This document shows, piece by piece, positions 1 through 12,219 of a DNA stretch of 64,000 nt. The stretch comes from Auanema rhodensis (lineage: Eukaryota > Animalia > Nematoda): NCBI GenBank assembly GCA_964057225.1, contig OZ059894.1, positions 13,640,001 through 13,704,000 on the forward strand. The letters run 5' to 3'. The first letter of the stretch is position 1; every line of letters begins with the position of its first letter. Below the pieces are notes generated by a model. That model had not been told where the DNA came from, searched no databases, and saw only the letters and a program-made list of their open reading frames with translations. The translations under genes and the position numbers were made by a program.

Positions 1-797
1 ATATTTTTATATTTTTTATAAATATAAAACATTTAACTATTCGAAACTGTTTGTTCAAATTTAATTATGTCAAAATTTATTTTTCTTTTTTTTTTATTCA
101 AACTTTTGAAAGTTCCGTAAATTTTAAATAAAAAAAACAGAAAAAAGATTTTTTGGATGAATCGAAAATGTAACAAAAATTAAATATATGAATAATTTTA
201 CATATAATATATATTTATAATGTAATTTTACTTTATAAGGTTTATATTCCAATTTTTTAGCTTTTGATAATGTAAAAAGTAAAACAAAATATTTTTTTTA
301 TAATAACAGGTCAAGCTAAAATATCAAACAGTTTTGTGAGTTTAATGAAAGAGCTTTAAACAAAAAAATTTTAAATTATATGCATGGATTTTCGAAAAAA
401 ATATGAAAATGCTTCCTTATTTACTGTTTGAAAATAATTTCTTATTATAAATTTAGTTAACTGTAATGAAAAATAGAAAAATAGAAATATTTGTTACTGT
501 TGCAAAGCAGTGGGATAAATCATGATAAATGATTTAAATAATTAGAAAAATGTAATAGTTAATAGAATTTGAACAAAAAAATGGGAAAGAAACGAAATAA
601 ATTATGTATGAAATAGAAATGAAATTCTATTTTATGTTGGTAAATAGAGTACTACGTTTGTATGCAATAAAAAAAAGAAAATATTCATAATCAATTGGTT
701 TTCAACTTTTTTTTTTAAAAATGTTAAAATAAAAATAAGAAAGATGTTTCTATATCGATGTTAAAAACGTAAAATATTCTATTGCAAAGTGACTGAC

Positions 798-2905
798 CTC
801 TGTTGAGAACTTCCAGAGCGGGTCGTATGCATTGATGATGGATTCTTCACCGAATATACGGATTCGTGCATGTTTCTTGGCAATGGACTGAAATGATTGA
901 ATAATCACAATAGAATACAGAAATAAATATAAAACTAAAACCATATATGTATATATAATTATAACTTTTTTTTTCATTTTTTTTCAAAAATCTTAAAAAA
1001 TAAACAAAAAAAAAGAAGAATTGTTTAAGTACCTAGGTAAAATTTAAATTTTAAGCTATCTGATCTCTAGTTTTTTTAGATTTTGAAAAACATTTAAAGA
1101 AAATAGAATAGAAGATTGTTTTTTTAATTGCACAGAATCAACAACCGCTTCATTCAAATACTAAACAAAAAAGGAAATTTAAGGTTTTTAGATGCCACGT
1201 GAACTTTCACGTCGATATCAGCTTGGCATAACTGGTTGAGTCAAGCTTGTATATAGCACGACTAGTAGGTAAAATAAAAAAAATTTGTTATTTGTTTCAG
1301 TCAAAACACAACATAAACAGAGGACAACAAAACATAAAAAATAGATAATAAATAGAAAATTAAGATTAAGTAATATATAAATCTCTATAGCATATTATAT
1401 TATGTAGATATAGTAAAAAGAAGTATTAAGAATTGGTTTCAGGTAAACTAAAACTAAAAAGATATGAAGATATCCAAATAAATGTATGTATACATACACG
1501 TGATCGAATATACATATGTATATGTATATATCAAGAAGTTTGTTATATTAGAACCGTGGACATTTATATATTTTTGAATAGAAAAAAATGATATTTGATC
1601 TATCATTATTATAATTCTGACCACTTAAAATATTTTTTTTTATAAAAAAACGGATTGTTGACAAATTATTGGAAAAACTAATGAATTGGTAATCTGATAA
1701 ACTTTGCTAGGTTCTGTTTAGTGTTCAAATCATGCATTAGGAAAATTAAAAGATTTTCGTAGTAAGTAAAAGAGCTACACCATGGACATTCACAAATCAT
1801 TGTGAAAAATAGAAAAAACTGAACTTGAAATGAGAAATTGACGTCCATTTTAGAAAAAAAAAGCAAAAATAAAATAGAAGCACTTTGGTGTAAGTGTTCA
1901 GAAAAATCAAAAGGATTCGTAAATTGAAAAGAATACATTGAACATACCTGAATATGAAGTTATGAACAGCAGTCAAAGTCATGGTGACTTTTGCAAAAAT
2001 AAATAAAATCTTTTTCCTTTTTCTGTCAAATAAACTGAACTTTAAAAACTTAAACCAGATACGAAACTTAAATTGAAACAACATGATAACGTTCTTTTGA
2101 ATTTAAAAAATATCGAATTTTAGAAAACAATAGATGAATTTTCTCCAGATTTCATGCATGAATATTTGAATAAAATAAGAATATATAAAGAAATTAAGGA
2201 AAAATTGAAAAAAATAGGAAAATCTAAAAAGAAGAGCTGGAATTAATAAAAGTGAATTTGGAACAATGAGATATGAGGTCATAAGCATTTGAAAGTAATG
2301 AAATATTTAGATGGACCTACATAGCTATGTGAAACGCAAACAACAAAAGGTGTCCGATTATTGAACGAACATATAGAGTTAATTGATTTAAAGTTGAGAA
2401 AAGTAAAAGAGAGATATTAGTAGAGAATATATAATTGAAATAACATGAATAAAAAGAAAAGTAGTAAGTTAAAAGAGAAGATAACAAAAGGAGTGAGAAG
2501 TTTAAGCAGAAAGAGCAACTGTACTTGAAATATGCATACACATGGATATACTTACATTGTATGAAAATCAAAATAGACGTTTATAAATAATTTAAAAAAT
2601 GGAAGTAGTATAAGGATTTTCTTTAAGAAGTTGTTTGGAATTGAAATAAAAGTTCAGTACATGTACATAGATACATGTATACATATGGGAATGTATTATA
2701 TCATTAGATATAATTCTATTTAGTAATATTACCTATTATTACAAATAAATTTAAAAAATATATTATTTAAAATTAATATTTTTTATTATTATTTTATATA
2801 TTATTTAATTATAACTTACGGAGGTACTGGCGGAACATAGGTACCCATAAAAGGATGATACACACCTCGAGAGGAGTGTTGGCTGGATAAACGAGCTGAT
2901 TTCAT
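798..2905 (-). CDS. 5' part of an unidentified protein-coding gene continuing beyond the left edge (exons 2905-2820 and 887-798; probable 5'UTR exon ~3062-2955)
   Basis: Two GC-richer islands with consensus sites (CC|GTAAGT, TTTCAG|T, AG|GTCAGT) join in frame, phase 2: MKSARLSSQHSSRGVYHPFMGTYVPPVPPPLPRNMHESVYSVKNPSSMHTTRSGSSQQ. No family recognised. Confidence 0.6.
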
Positions 2906-5244
2906 CGTATGTTCTAAATATGAAGTAAATAATAATATTTTGATTAAAAATTACCTTTTCTTTATAACTATTCTAACCCGGCGATTTTCGAATTGTATTC
3001 ATGTTATGAATTAGATCAAATTGATTGCCGTCTTCTTCGATTTCGTTATCGTCGCCTTTTTCTTAAAAAAAATATTGAGTCTATATTATTATATATAGTT
3101 AGTTATATTTATATAAAAAAAAAGAAAATAATTAATAAGAAAAATTGCTTAAGAAATAGTGGAGGAAAGACAACTATATCTCATCTAGTGTGGTCAACAG
3201 AAAGTTTTGGCAACTGAATGTCTTCAGTCAAATTGGTCAGTGAGTTTCATTTTTTGAGTCAACTTGTCAAAGATTTTGAACATAACTTTTGAGATATGCC
3301 ATTGACCGGACATTGCTGATAAATCACCAGTTGGTGACAAACAATAAAACTGTTCAACAAAAAGTATTGGATATCTGATATGTACAGAATATTTCCTTGA
3401 ATTGGCATCCTTATGTTGACGCCTTTCCATTGCTTCATGTATTCCAAGACTTCAGACTTCTAGAGTCAGGGTCATCGATGTCATCGTCAATTGGGTAAGC
3501 TATTTTGTTGCTGAGGTTGACATCGTTGGATAAAGCTTTACAGGGTGTCCCCACCCTCTTTTCTCTTTTCTTTCGAGCAGCTGTGGGGTTACAAGAGATG
3601 TAGAGTTAGGCTCATATAAGGAAAGAGAGTACTCCCATAGGAGTATAAGCAGCCGAACGATAGCTCTTCCGTTTCCAGTAAATAATGTGTCCCCTTGTCG
3701 GTCAGTTAGAAGACAAGTTTGAAAAGAACGAACCATGTTCTTTTTATTCCATTTATTCATCGTAATTTTGTAATATCTTCGAATAAATAATTGAATTTGA
3801 GTAATACATAGACAGTCAGTTATATACTGTAGATAAGAATAATGAAATATAAATTGAGTAAAAGTTCACCAAAAGAAGAAAATACTAAAAGAATTTCAAA
3901 AAATATCATTTTCAAAATAATGAAGATTTCTAAATTTCTCATATGTGAAATACAAATTATTCATAAACTACGATCAAAATAAAATAAAATTTCTGATAAA
4001 CTAATAAGTATTAAGAAATCAAAGAGAATATGTAAAATAAAAAAATATCTTATGAAAAGAAATTATTGAAAAAAAGGTTTAAAACGTATGTTGAATAGTT
4101 AGATATCAGATAGAGATGGGTTCCGCGTATCTGAACTTGTAGTCTACATCTACTAACTGAGGCTGTTTAGTATTGTCTGAACTGGAAATCAGTTATTGGT
4201 TCGCAACCGAAGAAGATAAATGACCAATTAGATGCGTGTTCCTATGCCATCGTCCGTCACGTCGTCTGAGAGCAGCATGGAGTTGGGTTGGGACTATTCG
4301 AGATTCTTCTGATATCTTTACTGCAAATCTTGCCATATTGAGTAGTAGGATGTTGGAAGCTTGATGCATGTGTCTTTTCAATTCGATATAGATAACAAGC
4401 TAATGCCTTGAAGTCAACTACACAAAAAAAGTAATAAAGAAGAAACATTGAATAAACGAAGTTTTTTTTTTCTTTTTGAAGTAAAAGAATATGAAACATT
4501 AACTATATAATGATGATGTGCACATGTATATTAGTGTATGTAACATCATCAAATGTTCAATTCATAATGTAAAGAATATCTAGTTTCTTAATATTTCATT
4601 TGAAAATTGACTCGACTTGAATAAATATGTTCATAAACGAACATTGAAGCTTCTAATGAGCGGTTATATGAAACAAATGAAATCAGAAGTAATATTATCC
4701 AGGGTAAGCATGGATACCTTGTCTCTTTATAAAACAGACTCAGAGATAAAAAAAGGAAGAGGAAATAGAAAAAGAGAAGATGACGAGGATAGAACAAAGA
4801 GAAAAAGAGTAAGTCACGGCACATCTGAGTGACAATCGGATGAGAAATAGCTTGTCCTTCGCCTTCTACTTGATTTTCTCTTTTTAAATAAAGCTGGATG
4901 ACAAATCTTTGCCAAGTATGAAGCTGGATTATAAATTGTTTAACAGAAAAAAAATAAAGAAGAACGCAAGTTATAGGAAAATCTATTATGGACAAAATAT
5001 TTCAGGTGAAATGATTTAAAAATCATAACGTTAGTTTGTTTTTGGATTCGCAATATTTGGAAGTGCCGATTACGACAAGCTTCGCTGTTCAAATGAGAAC
5101 AGCAAGAGAACATGAGGTATAGGCTGAAGTTGGGCATAGCCAAGTTGAACTACACTGCTCACACTTTTTCATTTTCCTTTTGTCTCTCTTTTAGCTCTTT
5201 ACTCACGTTCGCCTATTCTCTCTTCATTTCTTTCTCTCTTTTTA

Positions 5245-5250
<6 letters not shown>

Positions 5251-5297
<47 letters not shown>
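5251..5297. repeat. (TC)n microsatellite within a pyrimidine-rich tract
   Basis: About 23 consecutive TC units are directly visible. Confidence 0.95.
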
Positions 5298-5305
<8 letters not shown>

Positions 5306-7328
5306 GGGCATTCAGTTATCTTGCTCTTGATCTCATTCCTACCTCAAACTATGTATCCCAGCAAGTAGTCTCCAACAAAAACTTAAAGAGCAGTTTTGAA
5401 GGAGAAAGGAGAGAGAGAATGAGATGAATATAGGAAAGGTAACAACTAACTCGAATGGTAGATGGAGAGACAGAAAGGAATTTGAAGAAAGAGAGAGTGA
5501 GATGTTTTAATAGGTGGGTTTGAAAGAAAGAGGCTAGTAACCCTTCATAAGCACTGAGACTACCTATTCTGTTCCTTCCAGCCAAACTATTCTCCCAAAC
5601 TTCATTTCTTTCTTTATCTTAAACTACGAGCTTTCTCAACAATTTGCAACCTAAAAGCTGGCAAATCCGCATAGTCTGGACCCACGTCAATGATAATTGC
5701 AGGAATTGGGAAGTAAAGCAGAGCGTTTTGCTTGAAATAAAGTTCAAAAACAATATAAAAGAATAAAGTTATTATTAAACCTACATTTCTCTGTTTCAGA
5801 TTTTCCATCTCCGTTTTATAATTCACATATTTCCCTTTTTTTTGAACAATAATGTGAGAAGTCGTTTAAATCATTTAAAAGTTTTTATTGAGAATATTCC
5901 ATAATTCCTTCGTTTTTTTTCAAAAATATTATTTGAAGGCAAATACAAAACAAAAAAATAGATGCTTTATGAGTATAATAAATCATTGTTTTCTTCAAAA
6001 AAAATCTTATTAGAGATTGTCTTACGTTAGTAACCAAATAACAAAATTTCAACGATTATTTCAGGTAGAAATATGAATTTTCATTGGCTGTATTGGAACA
6101 TTATATTTGTTTACCATTCGGAGCAATTTTTATGAAAAGAAGCTAGTGGTATTGTTAATCTTAAAGCTTAATTCATACTATTATTATAAAATTATAATTT
6201 AAAAATAATAAAATATGAAATCTTAATAAGTAATATATTCATATTTGTCATCGATATGTTTAGGGTTTAACATTTTTATTTTAAAAGTTTTTGGCAATGA
6301 GAACGGTTGAGTTTCACTTCCTGCTTAATAATTAAAATATTTAAATATAATAAAGTATATTATAATTCAAATTCATATAATATATAAATATGATATTAAT
6401 TAGTCTTAAATTTATAACTGATTATTTTAAAATGAGATATGAAAAAGTAAAAAACGGAAGTTCGCATGGTAACTGAAATGAGCTTAAAATATATTTTCAA
6501 ATAAGTTTAAAAGAATGTGCTTAAATACATCGTCATTCCATCATGGAAACCAAAGCAACCACTTTGACCACCCCTCTGCTACTGCAATCACGATTTCTGC
6601 ACTTTATTTGAATGACAAAGAGTAAGAAAAGCTGGCAATTATATAACTATACAAGTGCTGCAGCAACCCGTTGCACCTATAGGCGATGAATTTTAATAGT
6701 ATACAGCTGTAGCTTTTCAAGTTCTACTTTTTCAATTTGAACGTTTTGCTCAACTTTAGCATATGATTTGATTGATTTTGAATTGTACATTGTTTCAAAC
6801 AACATTTATAATATGTAGTTTGAGAAGAGTAAAAAAACAATAGAAAACTAAAATATTTTCATAAATAAACTATATAATATTTGTATATCTATGTATATAA
6901 TAATAATAATAATATTTTGAAGCAATAACCCGAATAAAGAGAGAATAAAAATCATATATGACATAGTTAGTGAAAACATTTCAGAGAAAAAAAAGATTTA
7001 AAAAACCGAAATGAGTTTCAGACGAAACGTTCATGTAGTTTTGAGAAAAAAAGTAATAATCACAGATGGATTGAAAGCAAGTAATACATTTAAGGAATAG
7101 TTGAACCGTTTGCAGATCATATACATATAGTCATAGAAATATAATTTGTTCATGAAAATTAAGGAAAAAAGGCTTTTGAGATTTTGAATAAACCCGGGAG
7201 TTTTAGAGATTTAAATTTCAAGAATCATGAAAAGCTAGAACTAAGCGTAACTAAGAAAAAATACTTTGATTTTAAATGTTAAAGGATTAATGAAATTTGA
7301 TTTTTTCTGTTCAAATACTATGAAGTTG

Positions 7329-7842
7329 TTACACAACAGAGTTAGTTAATGAATCATCATCAAACACCTCTTCACATGCTAAGCTAACTTGAGGTTCATC
7401 ATCTGGCGTTAGATTACTTGTACTGAAAATATATTTATAACATATTAATTATTTCAACGGAGCATTCCTATGAAACTCACTAAACAACTGATTCAGATTG
7501 AGGACGAGTACTTCGAGAAGGCAATTGAAGCTGATCATTTCTCATCGAATATGGCACATTCCCGGATGTATCTGATCCATCTGTAGTACCTACAGACAAA
7601 TCCGGAGAAATGGAGCTGGATACAGCTGATACTGTTCGAAAGCGTACTCCTCGCCTAAATAAGATAAAATGAAAAAGAGCCTAGTAGCAAAGGATAGATG
7701 TAAAGTTAAAATAGTGAAATAAGTTTAAAAAAAAAAAGAAAGAAAAGATTGAAGCAAATAATAGAAATAAAATAAAGAAAGCTTTTAAATGTGAAACATC
7801 ATGCACATGCATAAAATAGAAATGTTATTAACTACTAAGGTG

Positions 7843-7880
<38 letters not shown>

Positions 7881-10800
7881 ATTGTATTTTAACTATATTA
7901 AAAGTGCAAATTTGATGTGAATATAGTTATAAACTTATATGAAATATTCAAAATATTCCAATATTACTGTGATGGAACGCACTTATAATTGAGAGAAAGA
8001 CGATCTCGAAATGAGCTATTATGTCGGGGACTCAGCCAATCACTTAGTCCTCCACCTGTATTATTTGACCTGAATGGGGGGTATATAAGCTTAAGTTTTG
8101 CTATAGTTATATCATAAAATAAGTTATTAATATGTTGGAATAAGATATACATATAGGATATATTATATTAGATATAATTAAGTTGGAAGCAAAATAGCTT
8201 ACATATTAGATGAATATGTTTGCTTATAATTTAAATGCCCAAATTTAAAATATAGATTATACGATTATAGTTAGATGAAATAGAAGATTTAAAGTTGTAG
8301 GCATAGAAGTTGAAAAATTTTTATAAATCAGACAATACCTCTTTCGGCATTCTGCTACTGCATTTGCTTTACAGTAACCGTGGACTGACAATCCACAATC
8401 TTTGCATTTCCATCCTTGTCGTATTAATCCCCATAACTGATAAAATAATAAAATATAAAAAAAAGAAAGAATATATAAGAATATTAATACCATTTTTCCA
8501 CAATGATTACATGTTGTTGGTGTAATAAATGTAGTTTCATAGAAATCATGCTTAAAACCACTACGAAAAGCAACTGAATCTTTATTAGCTTTTATGAAAT
8601 AAGCTTTTAATTCTTCTTTTGATATTTGCCCATCTCTGAAAATAATTTTTATTTATATATATAGTATTATCATGTTTAAATATATTTACCTATCTAAGTC
8701 AATGGTTCCAAATGGTTCAATGAATGGAAAATTTCCGGAAATTTGTCGAAATTCACCTTGACTAATATATCCATCCCTATCATGATCATAATGTTTAAAA
8801 ACCTGAAATAATTGAATTTAAAAATTAAATTAAAAAACAACAAACCGCATCAACCATAGCTGAGACGTGCTTATTTACGGTATCGGGGTCAGGTGCTGCT
8901 GAAACTCCCGAAGCCCAATCAGCAAAAACTACAGGTCTAGCATTGGATTCAAACTATATTATAAATTAGAAAATTGTAAAATATATCGAATATAATACCG
9001 AAATAAATGTTTTTGGCTCTCTTCGTTGCGATAATTCATAAATATCTTCTTCTTTATATCTAATATCGAGAGATACCTGAAATATAATTAAAGTGATAAC
9101 TATATAACTTATGCTTTCAACTGACTTTCAAAGTATTAACTAAATCCAAATTAGCTTCAGGAAAGTTGTGAGGCATTTGTTTGCAAACAAGAAAATTTGA
9201 TAAAATTTCTGCTAGTTGAGTAAGTCTGCAATTTTGTTTGTCTTCAAAACTAATAACTTGTCAGCTTACTTTCTCTTTGTAATTGTTTTTGATTTTTCAA
9301 AAGTTTGTCCAACACAGTTAGCAGCAATAAGATCTTTCAAATGAACACCCCTAAATATTTCAAAAATTAATTTAAATAAAAATATTCAATCTTACACTAT
9401 AGGAATTTTAAAACTTGTTCCGCAGCTTGCCAAAACTTTACGATATTCCGCAAAATTATTTTGAACAGAAAGCAAAGTAGTTAGACCATTAAGATCCTTA
9501 AAGAAAAATTATAATTGAAAACTTGAAATATATCGAATTATATGAACTAATATGCATAAATATAATAAAAATTTTAAAAAGACCTTTTTAATATCAGCTG
9601 GAAGATATGCATGGCTTTTTGATAATCTTGCTATATTACTATGTGTTACACCTCCTATTACAGCCATTAATGTATTAAAATTCGAAAGCCTTCGAAGATG
9701 CTAAATATAATTTTATATTATTAATTATTAAATTCAAACTCAAACCTTTCCAACATTAACAAACTTAATTATTATGTCTGCTCTTTCTTTTGGATTTAGT
9801 TTACTAAGAATCATACATTGTACCCAATTTGTTAAATTCTATATTATATGAATTATAAGAATAAATAATTCAATTCTTACATTAAAAATGGTAATAGATC
9901 TTTCCAATAATGGTGTGGATTGTAAATGACCCTCTTTTATATATAAATGTAATTCTTCAACCTAAAAGTTATTTATATATACTATACACATATAGTTAGC
10001 CTTACCGTAATACGGCTCAAAACTTTATAGTCAATATGACATAACGATGTTGATATATCTTCTGGACTCCATTGATCAAAGGATAAAGAAACCTAAAATA
10101 TTAATATTAATGTTTAAAAATTGATTTTCTCATTTACCTGACGAGCTACACGACATCTCATAGAATGATTTCTCATCCAAGCATATGATGGTCTATAATA
10201 CATCTTAATATTATAATATTATAATTATAAAATATAATTTAATTTAAGACTTCTAGTTTATCAAAATAATTGAGAAAATATAACTAAAACAAAAAGAATA
10301 AATATTAAATTATAAGACTAATTACTTCATTCGTCTTTTTCATGTTCAAATGAAAAAAAGCTTACAGATTGCTAACATCTAATGCTGCTCGAACTGAGTC
10401 TGGCACATCTTCAGCTATAGTTCGTAATCGAACAACAAAGGCACAAAGCTGTGGTTGACCATCAAAGTGCATTGGGAAATAGCGAATCCACATAGCAACT
10501 GCTTTGCAAACTTGTTCACGTTGTTCATTATCACGAGAATCCTTAAATAGACATAGTATAACTTAAAAACTTAAAAACGCTTTCATCATTATTTCAAATT
10601 AATTTCTATAAACTCACCTGGAAATGAGTTAACAAGAGACTAATCAACTGGGTACTGTCCAGAAACCATTTGTGAGCCAAAAATAAACAATATGGTAAAT
10701 CATCAATAGTTTTATCTTTCCCTGAATCATCTGAAATTAAAAAAAATTATTTTGAATAACTTGAAGACTGCTGTATATTGATCTTTATCCTCCCTAGAGA

Positions 10801-11248
10801 CAGAAAAGTTAAATCGTTTATTCCAAAAGAAGTTATACATATAGTTATTTTTACTCAAAAGGAATATTTAAAACATACAATATTGAATAGAAAGTTTTAA
10901 TATTTCAATTAATATATAACCATATTGAATACAAAAAGTTTTTATTGATGATTGTTTGATTGAAAATATTAAAATTCAATGAATATGTCATCAATTGATT
11001 TACATATCATCATTGATTCAAAATAATATTAAACTAAAAAGATGAACTTTCAATAAACTTTTCAATAGTTCCTATCGAAATGTTTCATTTTAAACATGTT
11101 TTTTTTGGAATACTATATTATATAATCTTTTATATCAAATAAACAGCAAATAATTTAAATGTAAAACTCAAAACTCACCGGCAAAACAGTTAACCGTATG
11201 CGCTATTAGCTGCGGGGCTGTCAGAGGCTGATCTCGCAGTGACCCCAT
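7329..11248 (-). CDS. rgef-1: RasGRP-family Ras/Rap guanine nucleotide exchange factor (REM, CDC25, EF-hand, C1 domains), multi-exon
   Basis: Spliced product starts [23 protein letters not shown]. It contains CDC25 motifs ([26 protein letters not shown]), EF-hands ([18 protein letters not shown]) and a C1 domain ([42 protein letters not shown]). It ends [14 protein letters not shown]. Confidence 0.93.
7846..7877. repeat. (TA)n microsatellite in an rgef-1 intron
   Basis: TA run directly visible. Confidence 0.9.
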
Positions 11249-12219
11249 ATATGGAGCTGGAGATTCTGCCTGTCAATCCGTCAGGATTTAACACGCCGGC
11301 TTTCCGGCTCCGACTAACTGTCGGCTCTCTAGTTCTATGTTCTCTGGGGGTAGACTGAAGCTGTTGGCTAAAACGTAGTCAGTTCCCGCCCGCTCGACTG
11401 ACTGGTGATAGGCTGGCTGGCCGGCAGGCAATTCCCAACAGATTTTCAGAAACAGAAACAGATTGGGGCTTGTATCAGAAAAATTCGGTAGCTACTCAAC
11501 GTAAGGACAGTCTTTCACAATACTATTCTAACAGTTTCGAGAAGCTCAACCGGAACGGCTATAGAACATAGTCCAAAATCGATACGTGCTTGGGGGCATG
11601 GACGAGAAGCGCGGCAGGATCGATGGCAAACCACGCCTTCTTTTGGCACTAGGCCAAAGCTAACTTGCAGCTTCATCGTCTGTTGTAAGCTTTATTTGGA
11701 TATATCGTAACTGCTAGTGGCATCTTCCAGAACAACACAACAATTGCAAAACTTCAGAACAAAAAACACAAAAGAAGCACGTAAAAATTTATTCATTTAT
11801 TTCAAATTGATATAATGTTAAACTATAACTGCACCATCACTGTGTATTATAATATATACATATTCTACACATTCTATGACATGACTATATCAACCGAAGC
11901 GTTATTATTATGAAAAAATTGGACCCTAGATATAAATACATTACTTACAAAAGACTAGTAATTTTACATCAAACAGAAGAACATTTGATTAGAAGAGGCA
12001 TTTGAAAGGCTTTCCCAAGCAAATTAAAGCAAGAATGCGCGATTTGAGAAGTAATATTGGGATAGTGTGTTACAGGGCAGTAACTTTTAAAAAAACAATA
12101 GGCATACACATAACTATGTCGGAAGCATGATATAGAGCGTTGTACAGCTGCATAAACAAAAAGTTTGCAGATATACCAAAATTTAGGAATTCGTTCATTA
12201 AATGAATGAAAACAAAAGT

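Noticed and set aside
3224-3760. Three short - strand ORFs considered as a decayed retroelement or endogenous viral fragment
   Set aside because: No RT, integrase, transposase or RdRp motif recognisable, and no terminal repeats or target-site duplication. Cannot be supported without a database search.
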